From the NCBI GenBank assembly GCA_038144595.1, contig JAYQOB010000004.1, positions 300,611-364,610 on the forward strand: DNA of 64,000 bases, given 5' to 3'. Origin of the DNA: Candidatus Poseidoniales archaeon. GTDB lineage: Archaea > Thermoplasmatota > Poseidoniia > Poseidoniales > Poseidoniaceae. How positions within the stretch are numbered: position 1 is the stretch's first letter; the number at the start of each line of letters is the position of its first letter. The position numbers and the translations under genes were made by a program. This document shows, piece after piece, positions 42,588 to 51,894 of this stretch. The notes under the pieces were generated by a model. It saw only the letters and a list, made by a program, of their open reading frames with translations. It had not been told where the DNA came from and made no database searches.

Positions 42588-44185
42588 TGAGCCTCACCTC
42601 CACTGATGGCACCCCATGCCGTGAGTTGTGCCCTAGCCGCTTGTGTAAGCGAATACTTGCGTGAGCGACCAACCTGGCGCGCCTGCAAAATACCGTGTTT
42701 GAGCAGGCGGTTACTGATTTGGGAAAGACGAGCTCGTTTGATGTCCAGGTGCGCCAGCATGTGCTCGTCCGAGGGCGAGTAGGCACGCTCGTGGGCGAGC
42801 GCCACAACATAGCTTTCATTCGCATTCAAGGAACCCAGAAGGTGTTTGTTGAGGGCATAGGACTCGTTGGGCCCTGTCTGCTCTCGAATTCGGCTTTGGA
42901 GGAAGGCCAGAAGACCTTCATGGTGAGCGTTGGAGGTTGGTGAGCCTGTGCTCAACAGTCCAGCGAGCGCCGACAGCACCGCTTGATTCGTCAGCGGTTC
43001 GGACTCGGCAGGCACCATCGAGTGAACCGAAGGCTCGTCAAAACCCACCGCTGACGCCGCAAGATCAACCTCATCCAACATCCCGGTTTCGTCGTGGAGG
43101 AGCATGGCTGATTCCTCCTCAGGGATGTCCTCAGGCGGCGAGGGAGGCAGAAGATCTTCAGCCACCCAGTACTCAAACTCCGTGGATTGAGCAATGAGTT
43201 CTTGCGAATGAGGCTCTTCCTCCTCTTCTCCGGATTTCGTGGCCGTGTTGGCGTCTTTGTTGCGGTTCGCCAACCCCTTGAACATCCCGTGAACCGGCAC
43301 CCGACCCCCCAGTGCTTGGTCTGCATCGATGATGGGGGGATTAAATGGGTTGGCTTGCAGCGGTTCGTCCTTTTCCTGTTCTTCCTTCAACCGGTCCATG
43401 TCCAACTCAAAGCCTGCCAGCGCCGGAGGAACATGGCCCTGGGCACCATTCTCTGGGCTGCTGGACAGCGGTGGGCGTTGATCCCACGGCATGGAAGCAT
43501 CAATCACTTCTGAGGAGGGCGTACCGGCCTCTGCATCACCGAGAGGTTCACCGATCGTCTGCCCCTCCGTGATGTCAGAAGACCCCCCGTCGTCCATCGA
43601 CACCCCGTGCGTCGCCGTTTCATGGCTCGTGGCCGTCGCCTTATCGTTGCCCATCAGGCGGTGGAGGCGTTCGGGTTCATCCCGAGGTTGAATCCTCGCC
43701 GAGGTATCCAGGAACGGCTCAGGTGCTCCATTTGACTGGCGCATACGAACGCTGTCCACAGCATCGCGAAGGATGGTGATGACGGAGGCTGGATACCCAT
43801 CGCACTCGTCGAGGATGGCCGCCGCATCCTGCATGGTGAATGCACTGTCCATGACACCGACGGAGGCAAGACGTTGTTGCACCAACGCCATCACATCGTT
43901 GGCCGTAAACGGAGGAAGTCGAAACAATTCAAATCCGTCAATCACGGCATTTGGAAGGTGGTGGCGCTCCTTTACATCGCAAACCAACACGAGCAAGGCG
44001 TTGAGCCGCTCAAGGGATGAATGTGCATCCCGTAAGGCGACTTCCAACACCGAAAGATCGCTGGCCGGCACGTCAATCACGATCATCGGCAATTTGTCGT
44101 TGTAGGAGTACATCTCATTGACCAGTTCGGTGACCAGTTCGGTTCGATTGACCGGCGGCTCCCCCCAATCATTTGACGATAGCAC
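42584..44185 (-). CDS. Orc1/Cdc6- or Arch_ATPase-like P-loop NTPase with acidic linker and C-terminal wHTH: main fragment
   Basis: Walker B-like LPMIVIDV, a lid-like segment, a ~230-aa acidic low-complexity linker and a C-terminal winged-helix (LSQISNRLLKHGILQARQVGRSRKYSLT). It continues from the upstream fragment in another frame. Confidence 0.6.
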   Translation of the reverse strand: MLSSNDWGEPPVNRTELVTELVNEMYSYNDKLPMIVIDVPASDLSVLEVALRDAHSSLERLNALLVLVCDVKERHHLPNAVIDGFELFRLPPFTANDVMALVQQRLASVGVMDSAFTMQDAAAILDECDGYPASVITILRDAVDSVRMRQSNGAPEPFLDTSARIQPRDEPERLHRLMGNDKATATSHETATHGVSMDDGGSSDITEGQTIGEPLGDAEAGTPSSEVIDASMPWDQRPPLSSSPENGAQGHVPPALAGFELDMDRLKEEQEKDEPLQANPFNPPIIDADQALGGRVPVHGMFKGLANRNKDANTATKSGEEEEEPHSQELIAQSTEFEYWVAEDLLPPSPPEDIPEEESAMLLHDETGMLDEVDLAASAVGFDEPSVHSMVPAESEPLTNQAVLSALAGLLSTGSPTSNAHHEGLLAFLQSRIREQTGPNESYALNKHLLGSLNANESYVVALAHERAYSPSDEHMLAHLDIKRARLSQISNRLLKHGILQARQVGRSRKYSLTQAARAQLTAWGAISGGEAQ

Positions 44186-44469
44186 ATGCTCAGCAGCGAC
44201 GTCGCCGGGGAATGCGCAGGGAGGTGGTCAATGGTCGCCACGGCAGCAGCGTAAGTTTTCAAGCAACTCACGAGCGACGTCCGCCCTGAACCCAACGGAC
44301 CCAAAAGCATCACGCGACGAGCAGAGCGGAAGCGCAGGAAATTCTGGAGGCGGGTAAAGAGGTCGGCCCGTCCGATCAGTTTGCCCGACTCGCCAGGTTC
44401 GAGAGGACGGATGGAAAACGGGTTTTCCTCCAAGCAAGGTAAGCCGTACGCATGGGTCTCTCGAGCCAT
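44083..44469 (-). CDS. same P-loop NTPase, N-terminal fragment (Walker A region)
   Basis: ATG at 44469 (MARETHAYG...). NPFSIRPL...GRADLF...LLGPLGSGRTSL is a Walker A with Arg in place of the canonical Lys. The frame is lost at the C6 run 44161-44166. Confidence 0.6.
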   Translation of the reverse strand: MARETHAYGLPCLEENPFSIRPLEPGESGKLIGRADLFTRLQNFLRFRSARRVMLLGPLGSGRTSLVSCLKTYAAAVATIDHLPAHSPATSLLSMCYRQMIGGSRRSIEPNWSPNWSMRCTPTTTNCR

Positions 44470-44527
44470 GGCCGAGCAACCTCTTCCAAGTATATGATGT
44501 TTCAGCGGACCGCGCAGCCCCGCGATA

Positions 44528-44630
44528 GCGTTAGAACTCGTTAATCGCCCCACCGGAGAGGAATAACACGTAAGATTAACGCCCAATTAACGCATGGTTA
44601 ACGCGTTAGTAAATGTGTTAATTGCGTTAG
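44528..44630. repeat. iteron-like cluster of TAACGC/GCGTTA hexamers including a 10-bp palindrome
   Basis: Forward TTAACGC at 44576, 44587 and 44598 (11-bp spacing). Reverse GCGTTAG at 44528, 44603 and 44624, and CGTTAA at 44539. TAACGCGTTA palindrome at 44599-44608. Confidence 0.7.
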
Positions 44631-44703
44631 CAGAGGTGTTTGAGCGAGGACCACTCAGCGATTGATTCAAGGAACGAATGCCCCACCCACCAACGGGAGC
44701 GAC

Positions 44704-46002
44704 ATGCCGGTTGAGAACAGTCGAGTCAAGGGATTGTACAAACTCAGCGTTGAAGAACGCCGCTCCCTGGTGGCAGAAGCCGCCAACCTCTCTGATGCTC
44801 ATGTTGCCGCCTTGGCCGCCCATGGCGAATTGGATGAAACCGCAGCCGATCGCATGATTGAGAACGTCATCGGCACCATGTCGCTCCCGGTGGGCGTTGC
44901 CACGAATTTCGTCATTGATGGCTCCCATTACCTCATTCCGTTCTGCTTAGAGGAGTCCAGCGTGGTCGCTGCCGCTTCAAACATGGCCAAGCGCTGCCTG
45001 AGCCACGGAGGATTCACCACCAACAACGATGCGCCCGTGATGATCGGCCAAATTCAACTTCTCGACGTTGAGGACCTCGAACAAGCAACCGCTCACATTG
45101 AGGACGCCAAAGACGAATTGATGGCGTTCTGCAACGACATCCCTTCCCGCATGATCGCCATGGGCGGAGGGTGCAAAAACATCGAAATCAGGCGTTTACC
45201 GACCCCCATGGGCGAGATGCTCATTGTTCATTTGCTGGTGGATTGCAGGGACGCTATGGGCGCCAATGCAGTGAACACCATGGCAGAACGCGTAGCACCT
45301 CGCTTGGAGGCATTGACCGGCGGTCGTGCTCACCTCCGCATCCTCTCCAACCTTGCAGGCCACCGGCTGGCTCGAGTACGAGCGGTGTTCAGCCCTGAGG
45401 AAATGGCCTCCGACGGGACTCGAGAGGACGGTTTGGCCGTCATCCAAGGCATTCTTGAGGCCCACGCCTTTGCTGTGGAGGACCCGTTTCGGGCCACGAC
45501 GCACAACAAAGGCGTGATGAACGCCATCAGCAGCGTAGCGCTCGCCTGCGGTCAAGATTGGCGGGCGATTGAAGCGGGCTGCCATGCTTGGACGACCATG
45601 GCCGACGGCCGCTACACCTCCATGTCGGACTGGGCACAGGACAGCGAAGGTAATCTGGTCGGAAGCATGGACCTCCCGATGGCCGTTGGTATCGTCGGCG
45701 GCGCCTCGAAAGTCCACCCCGCTGCTCAAGCCAACCTCGCCATCCTGGGTGTCGAAACGGCTCAAGAATTGGCTGGCATCATCCTGTGCGCTGGTTTGGC
45801 CCAGAATTTAGGCGCCCTTCGTGCCCTTTCAACCAAGGGCATCCAAGCCGGTCACATGAAACTCCACGCCAAGAACATGGCCGTGAGCGCTGGAGCAGAG
45901 GGCGAAGAGGTGGAACTGTTGGCTGCTCGACTCCAAGCCCATGAAGGACACCGCACGCAAAGCTTGGTTGAATCATGGCTGAAGGAACTCAGAGGCGAGT
46001 GA
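44704..46002 (+). CDS. hmgA: HMG-CoA reductase, class II type
   Basis: GLYKLSVEERR, ENVIGTMSLPVGVATNF, EESSVVAAAS, DAMGANAVNTMAE and GHMKLHA. ATG 44704 is preferred over the TTG at 44662. Confidence 0.9.
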   Translation: MPVENSRVKGLYKLSVEERRSLVAEAANLSDAHVAALAAHGELDETAADRMIENVIGTMSLPVGVATNFVIDGSHYLIPFCLEESSVVAAASNMAKRCLSHGGFTTNNDAPVMIGQIQLLDVEDLEQATAHIEDAKDELMAFCNDIPSRMIAMGGGCKNIEIRRLPTPMGEMLIVHLLVDCRDAMGANAVNTMAERVAPRLEALTGGRAHLRILSNLAGHRLARVRAVFSPEEMASDGTREDGLAVIQGILEAHAFAVEDPFRATTHNKGVMNAISSVALACGQDWRAIEAGCHAWTTMADGRYTSMSDWAQDSEGNLVGSMDLPMAVGIVGGASKVHPAAQANLAILGVETAQELAGIILCAGLAQNLGALRALSTKGIQAGHMKLHAKNMAVSAGAEGEEVELLAARLQAHEGHRTQSLVESWLKELRGE

Positions 46003-46004
46003 AC

Positions 46005-46616
46005 TCACTCCTCCTCGACGACGGGGAGTGAGGACTGGACCATCCCGTCTTCATCGGATTCTTCCCTCAAAATTTCCTTGCTGTCGCCCAATTCATCCAA
46101 CAGACCGCTGGATTGAACCTGTTCCCTGAACCACGCCTTGACCTTTTTTCGGTCCGTGTGCGGGCATCCAAAGGCCTCTGAAAATCGACGCGTGGTCGCC
46201 AAGCGTCGAGTGTTGCCGTCTTTTCGACGATCGATCATGCCGTGTTGTGCGAGTTCTCGAACGTAATCGTAGGCCTTCTGACCGAGGAGTTCCACCAGTC
46301 GAGATTGCGGCATGGGCTGATGGTAGGCGATGAGCGCTGCCGCTTTGAGCAACTTGGGCGGCATGTCGGTCTTCGTCTCCCGAGGCAAATGCGAGGCAAT
46401 GACGGGTTTGACCTCAAGGGCCCAACGGTCGCCGACCTCCGCCAGTTGAAGGGCGCCTCCTTTGCGTCGCTTGAGGGTGGCCTGGAGGGAACCGAGGCAG
46501 TCGAGCATCTCGTCTTCATCGTAGCCCAAGACCTTGGACAATTCCTCGACGGACATGGATTTCCCCGAACTGAACAGGGTCGCTTCAATCAGGGATTCCA
46601 ACGGTAATTCGGCCAT
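46005..46616 (-). CDS. scpB: segregation and condensation protein B
   Basis: IEATLFSSGKSMSVEELSKVLG, LAEVGDRWALEVKP and LKAAALIAYHQPMPQSRLVELLG are the tandem winged helices of ScpB. Confidence 0.85.
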   Translation of the reverse strand: MAELPLESLIEATLFSSGKSMSVEELSKVLGYDEDEMLDCLGSLQATLKRRKGGALQLAEVGDRWALEVKPVIASHLPRETKTDMPPKLLKAAALIAYHQPMPQSRLVELLGQKAYDYVRELAQHGMIDRRKDGNTRRLATTRRFSEAFGCPHTDRKKVKAWFREQVQSSGLLDELGDSKEILREESDEDGMVQSSLPVVEEE

Positions 46617-46625
46617 GTCTTTCCC

Positions 46626-47837
46626 TCACTCCACCAACCAATCATGCTCTTCGAAGGCTTCCGCCGATTCAGCCTCAACCGTTGCATCCGCCAATTGGTG
46701 TTCGGCTTCTTTTGCGGCCTTCGCCTCCAATTTGGCCTGCCGTCGTGCCTCGCGCTGCTCGGCCAGCCGTGCACGCTCGGCGATGGCCTCCATTCGGTGT
46801 TCAGAACCCGTGGTTTGCCCGTCGAGCTCGACCGCATCTTCAGCCATCAAGGCCTCAACCGCTTCGAGAACATCGGAAAAGGACGTTAAATCAGGCCAGA
46901 GGTCCTCGATCATGATGTTGGCCACCGCCTCACCTTCCTGAGTGATGCTGGCCATTCGCCGATGGGTGAGGAACAAACCAGCGATGAATGAAGCGACGAA
47001 CGCCTCGCTTTCAGGGTCCTCGAGCGACGCACCGAAGGTGGAAACGAGCAACGGCCTGAGCCTGGCCATGACATCAACCAGCGGTACAACGGGGGAGGCA
47101 GCGGCTTCACACGTGGCTTTCAGCGCTGTCCAGCATCGTTCAATATCGCCTTCGAGGTCTTCGTTGTGCATTCGTCCACCGACGTCCTGGAGGTATTCAC
47201 TGAGTTCCCGTTCATGCTCAAGACGATTGATTTCACGCTGCTTGAGCGCTTCTGCATCGTCCGCTGCATCCTTGAACGCCGACAACAATTCCGCCAGCGT
47301 CACCGGCCGACCTTCATCACGGCGGACCCGCTCGTCGAACAGGTTGGTCAGCAGGTCATCAGCGTCGCCGTCGAGAACGGATTGCGTGAAGAAAAAGGCT
47401 TCATCGTCGTATTCGCTCTCCCAACCGAATCCATGGTCATCGTCCCAGACCTCTTCCTCAACGGGCTGGATTTTCTCAAAGAGAACGGCGGATTGGTGGT
47501 GGAGCACTTCCCAAGACAGGCGAATCAGGCGGCCGCAGGCCGGTAAGTCGAGGTTTTCACCGTCCTTGACGCGTTGAGCAAACACCGTCAGGAAGGCCGA
47601 GAGGTCAACGTCCCACGGATTGAAGGCTTCCTCGCGCACCAGCGAGAGCACCAGCGCAACCGAACGGTCAAACGGGTCGTGCAGGCTTTGGTGCTCGGCT
47701 TCCTCGGTCGCAGCGATGGCAGCGATTCGTTGGCCGAACTGCTCAGCATCTTCTCGATCTTCACCTTGACCGAGAAGTTGGTCGATGACCTCCTGTTGGA
47801 GGAACCATCGGTCCAGCATGCTCTGTTCTTCTGCCAC
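46626..47837 (-). CDS. scpA: segregation and condensation protein A (kleisin), extended form
   Basis: FDRSVALVLSLVREEAFNPWDVDLSAFL is the N-terminal ScpA motif. The position between smc and scpB fits. Charged C-terminal extension. GTG start 9 nt after the smc stop. Confidence 0.8.
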   Translation of the reverse strand: MAEEQSMLDRWFLQQEVIDQLLGQGEDREDAEQFGQRIAAIAATEEAEHQSLHDPFDRSVALVLSLVREEAFNPWDVDLSAFLTVFAQRVKDGENLDLPACGRLIRLSWEVLHHQSAVLFEKIQPVEEEVWDDDHGFGWESEYDDEAFFFTQSVLDGDADDLLTNLFDERVRRDEGRPVTLAELLSAFKDAADDAEALKQREINRLEHERELSEYLQDVGGRMHNEDLEGDIERCWTALKATCEAAASPVVPLVDVMARLRPLLVSTFGASLEDPESEAFVASFIAGLFLTHRRMASITQEGEAVANIMIEDLWPDLTSFSDVLEAVEALMAEDAVELDGQTTGSEHRMEAIAERARLAEQREARRQAKLEAKAAKEAEHQLADATVEAESAEAFEEHDWLVE

Positions 47838-47846
47838 GACTCCACC

Positions 47847-50800
47847 TCACTGTTCGTCCGATTCCACCAAGGGTTCGCCCTCGGCCGATGCCTCTGAAGC
47901 CTCACGTTGTTCGGCTTCAGCCACCTGTGTGGCGACCTCTGACCGTTCGTTGATGTCCTCGGTCAATTCGCTCGTGCGCTCCATCAAGCCACCGAGGGGT
48001 GCCTCGGCGTCAGGAGAAGGTGAGGTCTCCTCGTGCATGTGGTTCAACAAGCCGCCAAGACTGCGAGGAACGGTGAGGGGGCCGGGAACTTCAGGCATGT
48101 CTTGGGCGGCGGCCACGGCATCCATGATACGACTCTCGTTCTTGTCGGCGTCCTTCTGGGCCTCTTTGAGGGCCGCTTCGCCCAGCGCAATGGCTCGCTC
48201 ACGGTCAAAGTCGAGGATGCGGCGACTGCATCCATCTCCGCCGTGGGTGATGCCGATGTGGTGGTCGGCGAGTTTGAGGGAAACTTTGCGAAGGGTGACC
48301 ATGATGAATTGGGCACGCTTGCTGCGTTCCCGGCACATCTTGGCAATCCGCTCTGCATTGTAGGCGTCGAGGTTTTGGTCGACCTCGTCGAAGTAGTAAA
48401 ACGGACTTGGATCGTAGTCTTGAATCGCGAAGATGAGCGCCAGTGCAGCCATCGACTGCTCTCCACCAGAGAGTTGTTGGCGGCTGACCTTGGACGACTT
48501 ACCACGTGGTTGTGCCCAGAGTTCCAAACCGCCCTTGAACGGCTCTTCTGGATTCTCGAGGAACAGTTCTCCACGACCGCCGTCCGAGAGTTGATGGTAG
48601 GAGACTTTGAAATTCTCATTGACCTTTTCCAGCACGGCAATCAATCGCTCTTTTCGCTGCGTTTCCAACTGCTCAGTGACCTCGATGAGGTGCTTGCGAC
48701 GAGCCTGCAGCGTCGCAAATTCGTCCTTCATCAGGTCGAGCCGGGCTTGGCATTCATCGTACTGCTCAATCGCCATCATGTTGACGTTCCCAAAGCCTTC
48801 CATGCGGCGCTGGAGGTTACGGAGATCCCGCTCCAACTCGCCGACGTTTTTGAGTCCCTCAGGAAGGTCGTTGAGCGAGAGGTTCGCATCGATAAGCTCC
48901 TGTGCCATGAGTTGAACCTCGGCCTCCTTGTCGCTGATGGTTCGCAACAATTCTTCGGCCAAGCGTCGGTGATTCTGGGCTTGATTGAGGCGTTCTTCGT
49001 TTCTCACACGGAGGGTGGCACGCTGGTCCGTAAGCTCTTGACGTTCCTGCTCCAGCCCTTGGTTTTCCTCGAGGTAGACCGCCTGTTCGTCCTTTTTCGC
49101 CTTGAGGGCGATTCGGTCGGTCGCCAGCGTGGCTTCGAGTTCGTCGATTCGAACGAGGCGTGCTTCTTTGTTCCCATGGAGGGTGTTGAGCCGCCCTTGG
49201 GTTTCGTCAACCCGTCGCTGAAGGAGCGCTTGATGGCTGTTGCCGCTGCTCAACACCTCTTCGGCCTTGTCTTTGGCCCCGTTGGCCTTGACACGCAACA
49301 AGTCCACGGCGTGCATGCGCTCTCGGAGATGTTCAGGACTGGCGGCCTCAACCGCCTCTTTGGCCGCTTCATACGCGTCCTTTGAATTCGCAAGAATGCG
49401 GTCGGCTGCATCAAGACCGCGAAGGGCTTCTTGAGCACTTTGACGCAATTCGTCCAGTTTCGCCTCGAGGCCGTCGACCACGCCTTGGGCTTTCTTGTGA
49501 GCTTGCCCGACCTGCTTTTGCTCGGCCTTGACCTCCCGTACCTCGGTCGCGTAGGAATCGTCAACCATGGCGTTGATCTTGTTTCGAATGCTTTGCTGGT
49601 TCATACGAGCCTCACGCAGAGCTTCGTTGACGGTTTGCTCCATGAGGTGGAATTTCTCAACCTCCGCTGTGTGCTTCTCCACCTCGGAGGCACCTTGGAT
49701 GCGGCCGCCAAACGAGATGCTCATTTTGCGCTTGGAACCACCGACCATCGCTCCACCCGACTCAATCACGTCGCCTCGGAGCGTGACAAATCGGGTGCCA
49801 CCCATGTACTGGCGGGCGACGCTGAGGTTTTCCACGATCAAGGTGTTCCGCAATGCAAAGCGAACGGCGACATCGATGCGGGGGTCGTAATCGAGCATCT
49901 CGTGAGCGAACCCCAGAACCCCGTCCTTTCGGGCGGTCATGACGGTTTTTCCACCCGCCCGAGAACTGCTCAATTTGTTGAGTGGAAGGAAGGTTGCACG
50001 ACCGGCCCGATTCTCAGCCAGCCAGCGGATGGCATTGGCAGCATCTTGGTCGGTTTCAACAACCACCGAGGCCATACCAGCACCGATGGCGGTGGCGAGG
50101 GCAACTTCGTGAGCGCTGTCCTTTGGAGCGCACAATTCGGCCACCGTACCGATGATGCCCTGCAAGGCCTGATTGTCCCGTGCAGCGAGCACGGCGCTGG
50201 CACCGCCTGCCAAGCCCTTGGCGCCGGATTTCTGTTCCATCTCGGCCTTGGCGAGGCTCAGCGCACGCTCTGCCTCTCGCAATCGAACTTCGATTCTCGT
50301 TCGGTCTTCCGCGAGTTGAGCCTCGGCGCGTTGGGCCTCGACCAATTGGCGGGCGAGGGCTTCACGGTCGTATTCTGGGGCATCCTCGGCCAATTCTTGC
50401 AGCCGGATGTCGAGTTCACCAAGCGCCAGTCGAATCTCCTCGGATTCCTCTTGAGCATCGGCGAGCTGCTGGCCCACGAGGTCGGCCTCCACTGCGAGTC
50501 GGTCGACGTCGGATTGGGCTTCAGCGCGTTGTGCTTCATGGTCGACAACGAGCGCTTCTGCTGAGCTGAGGGCTTCGCTGAGATGCTGGTTTTGCTCACC
50601 AGCCGTAGCCAGTGCCTCGCGCACCTGCTGCTCTTCGGCTTGAGCCTCCTCGAGCTCCTGCAGCGCTTCGGCGAGGGCCGTGTTGGCGGAGACCAAGCTG
50701 GCCTTGCACGCTGCGAGTTCCTCGTCGGCCTCCTGCAACTGCTCATCGAGGGCAGCCACCTCCACCGCCTCTTCCTCTTCTTCTTTGGCCGCTTCGATCA

Positions 50801-51761
50801 GGCGATCGTTGTTGAGTTCGATGGCCACTTGGAGGGATTGAATGGCTTGACCGAGTTCTGATGTTTCGCCGCCCGTCAACAGGTTGATCTCCTTTTGGAG
50901 TTCAGCGATTTTGTCGTCAAGTTCCAGCAGCGTTTTTTCCGTCGCTTTGTGCTCGTCAAGCAAATCTTGGCTCTGCCCCAGGTATTTTTGCCGCTCTTCT
51001 TGGTGAAAGGCCAACTCGTTCTTGAGCGTCGCATACCGGGATTGGAGCAACATGGCGTTGGTGACCTGGATGGCATCCGAGACTTCCTTGGCTTTCTGAG
51101 CGACATGGCGTTCCTTGGCCAGCGTCGACAACCGTTCAAGTTGCTCCTTCTCCAACAGGCCGATGCGGTCAAGATAACTCTCAACCATCTCTTTCTGCTT
51201 GTTCGCCTTGCGGATTTCGTCATCGTAGGACGTGACGCCAGCGACGTTATCAAGCACCTTCCGACGTTCATTGGCGGTCATTTTCGCCAGGCTTGTAACG
51301 TCGCCTTGCAACACGATGTTGTAGCCGTCGGGACGGGCATTCGCCGCACCGAGCAAGCGGTGGAACACCTTCTGCGTGCTGTCTTCACCGTTGAGTTTGT
51401 AGGTGGTCACCGGATTGTTGGAGGCTGTCAATCGGATGCTTCTCGACATGCGGATTTCCTCCTTGTCAAGGGGCAAGCGACGACGGCCATTGCTCATCAC
51501 TGGGTTGGCAAAGACGAGCGTGACGGAACACTCTCGGGCAGGCTTGGAGTTCTTCCCACCGTTGAAGATCAAATCCGCAGAGTTTTGGGCACGGATTACC
51601 CGGTTCGATTTCGGCCCGAGGACGAATTGAATCGCATCACCGCAGTTCGATTTCCCCGACCCGTTCGGCCCGGTGATGGCCGTAAAACCACGGTCCAAGG
51701 GGACGGTCACTTCGCCCTTGAACGATTTGAAATTGAGCACTTCAAGTGATTTTAGGTACAT
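47847..51761 (-). CDS. smc: chromosome segregation ATPase SMC
   Basis: 1304 aa. Walker A GPNGSGKSN, two long coiled coils flanking a hinge (GIIGTVAELC...), signature LSGGE, Walker B FYYFDEVD. Confidence 0.95.
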   Translation of the reverse strand: MYLKSLEVLNFKSFKGEVTVPLDRGFTAITGPNGSGKSNCGDAIQFVLGPKSNRVIRAQNSADLIFNGGKNSKPARECSVTLVFANPVMSNGRRRLPLDKEEIRMSRSIRLTASNNPVTTYKLNGEDSTQKVFHRLLGAANARPDGYNIVLQGDVTSLAKMTANERRKVLDNVAGVTSYDDEIRKANKQKEMVESYLDRIGLLEKEQLERLSTLAKERHVAQKAKEVSDAIQVTNAMLLQSRYATLKNELAFHQEERQKYLGQSQDLLDEHKATEKTLLELDDKIAELQKEINLLTGGETSELGQAIQSLQVAIELNNDRLIEAAKEEEEEAVEVAALDEQLQEADEELAACKASLVSANTALAEALQELEEAQAEEQQVREALATAGEQNQHLSEALSSAEALVVDHEAQRAEAQSDVDRLAVEADLVGQQLADAQEESEEIRLALGELDIRLQELAEDAPEYDREALARQLVEAQRAEAQLAEDRTRIEVRLREAERALSLAKAEMEQKSGAKGLAGGASAVLAARDNQALQGIIGTVAELCAPKDSAHEVALATAIGAGMASVVVETDQDAANAIRWLAENRAGRATFLPLNKLSSSRAGGKTVMTARKDGVLGFAHEMLDYDPRIDVAVRFALRNTLIVENLSVARQYMGGTRFVTLRGDVIESGGAMVGGSKRKMSISFGGRIQGASEVEKHTAEVEKFHLMEQTVNEALREARMNQQSIRNKINAMVDDSYATEVREVKAEQKQVGQAHKKAQGVVDGLEAKLDELRQSAQEALRGLDAADRILANSKDAYEAAKEAVEAASPEHLRERMHAVDLLRVKANGAKDKAEEVLSSGNSHQALLQRRVDETQGRLNTLHGNKEARLVRIDELEATLATDRIALKAKKDEQAVYLEENQGLEQERQELTDQRATLRVRNEERLNQAQNHRRLAEELLRTISDKEAEVQLMAQELIDANLSLNDLPEGLKNVGELERDLRNLQRRMEGFGNVNMMAIEQYDECQARLDLMKDEFATLQARRKHLIEVTEQLETQRKERLIAVLEKVNENFKVSYHQLSDGGRGELFLENPEEPFKGGLELWAQPRGKSSKVSRQQLSGGEQSMAALALIFAIQDYDPSPFYYFDEVDQNLDAYNAERIAKMCRERSKRAQFIMVTLRKVSLKLADHHIGITHGGDGCSRRILDFDRERAIALGEAALKEAQKDADKNESRIMDAVAAAQDMPEVPGPLTVPRSLGGLLNHMHEETSPSPDAEAPLGGLMERTSELTEDINERSEVATQVAEAEQREASEASAEGEPLVESDEQ

Positions 51762-51894
51762 CCCTATCCCTCATGCAATGGAACCTTGATTCCATCACTT
51801 TCCCCCACCCATGCTTGAGGGGTTTTAAACAATCCGAAAAAACACGGCTCAGTGCCACGGTTTTGAGGGGTTGAAATTGAACGCCGCCGAGGGC

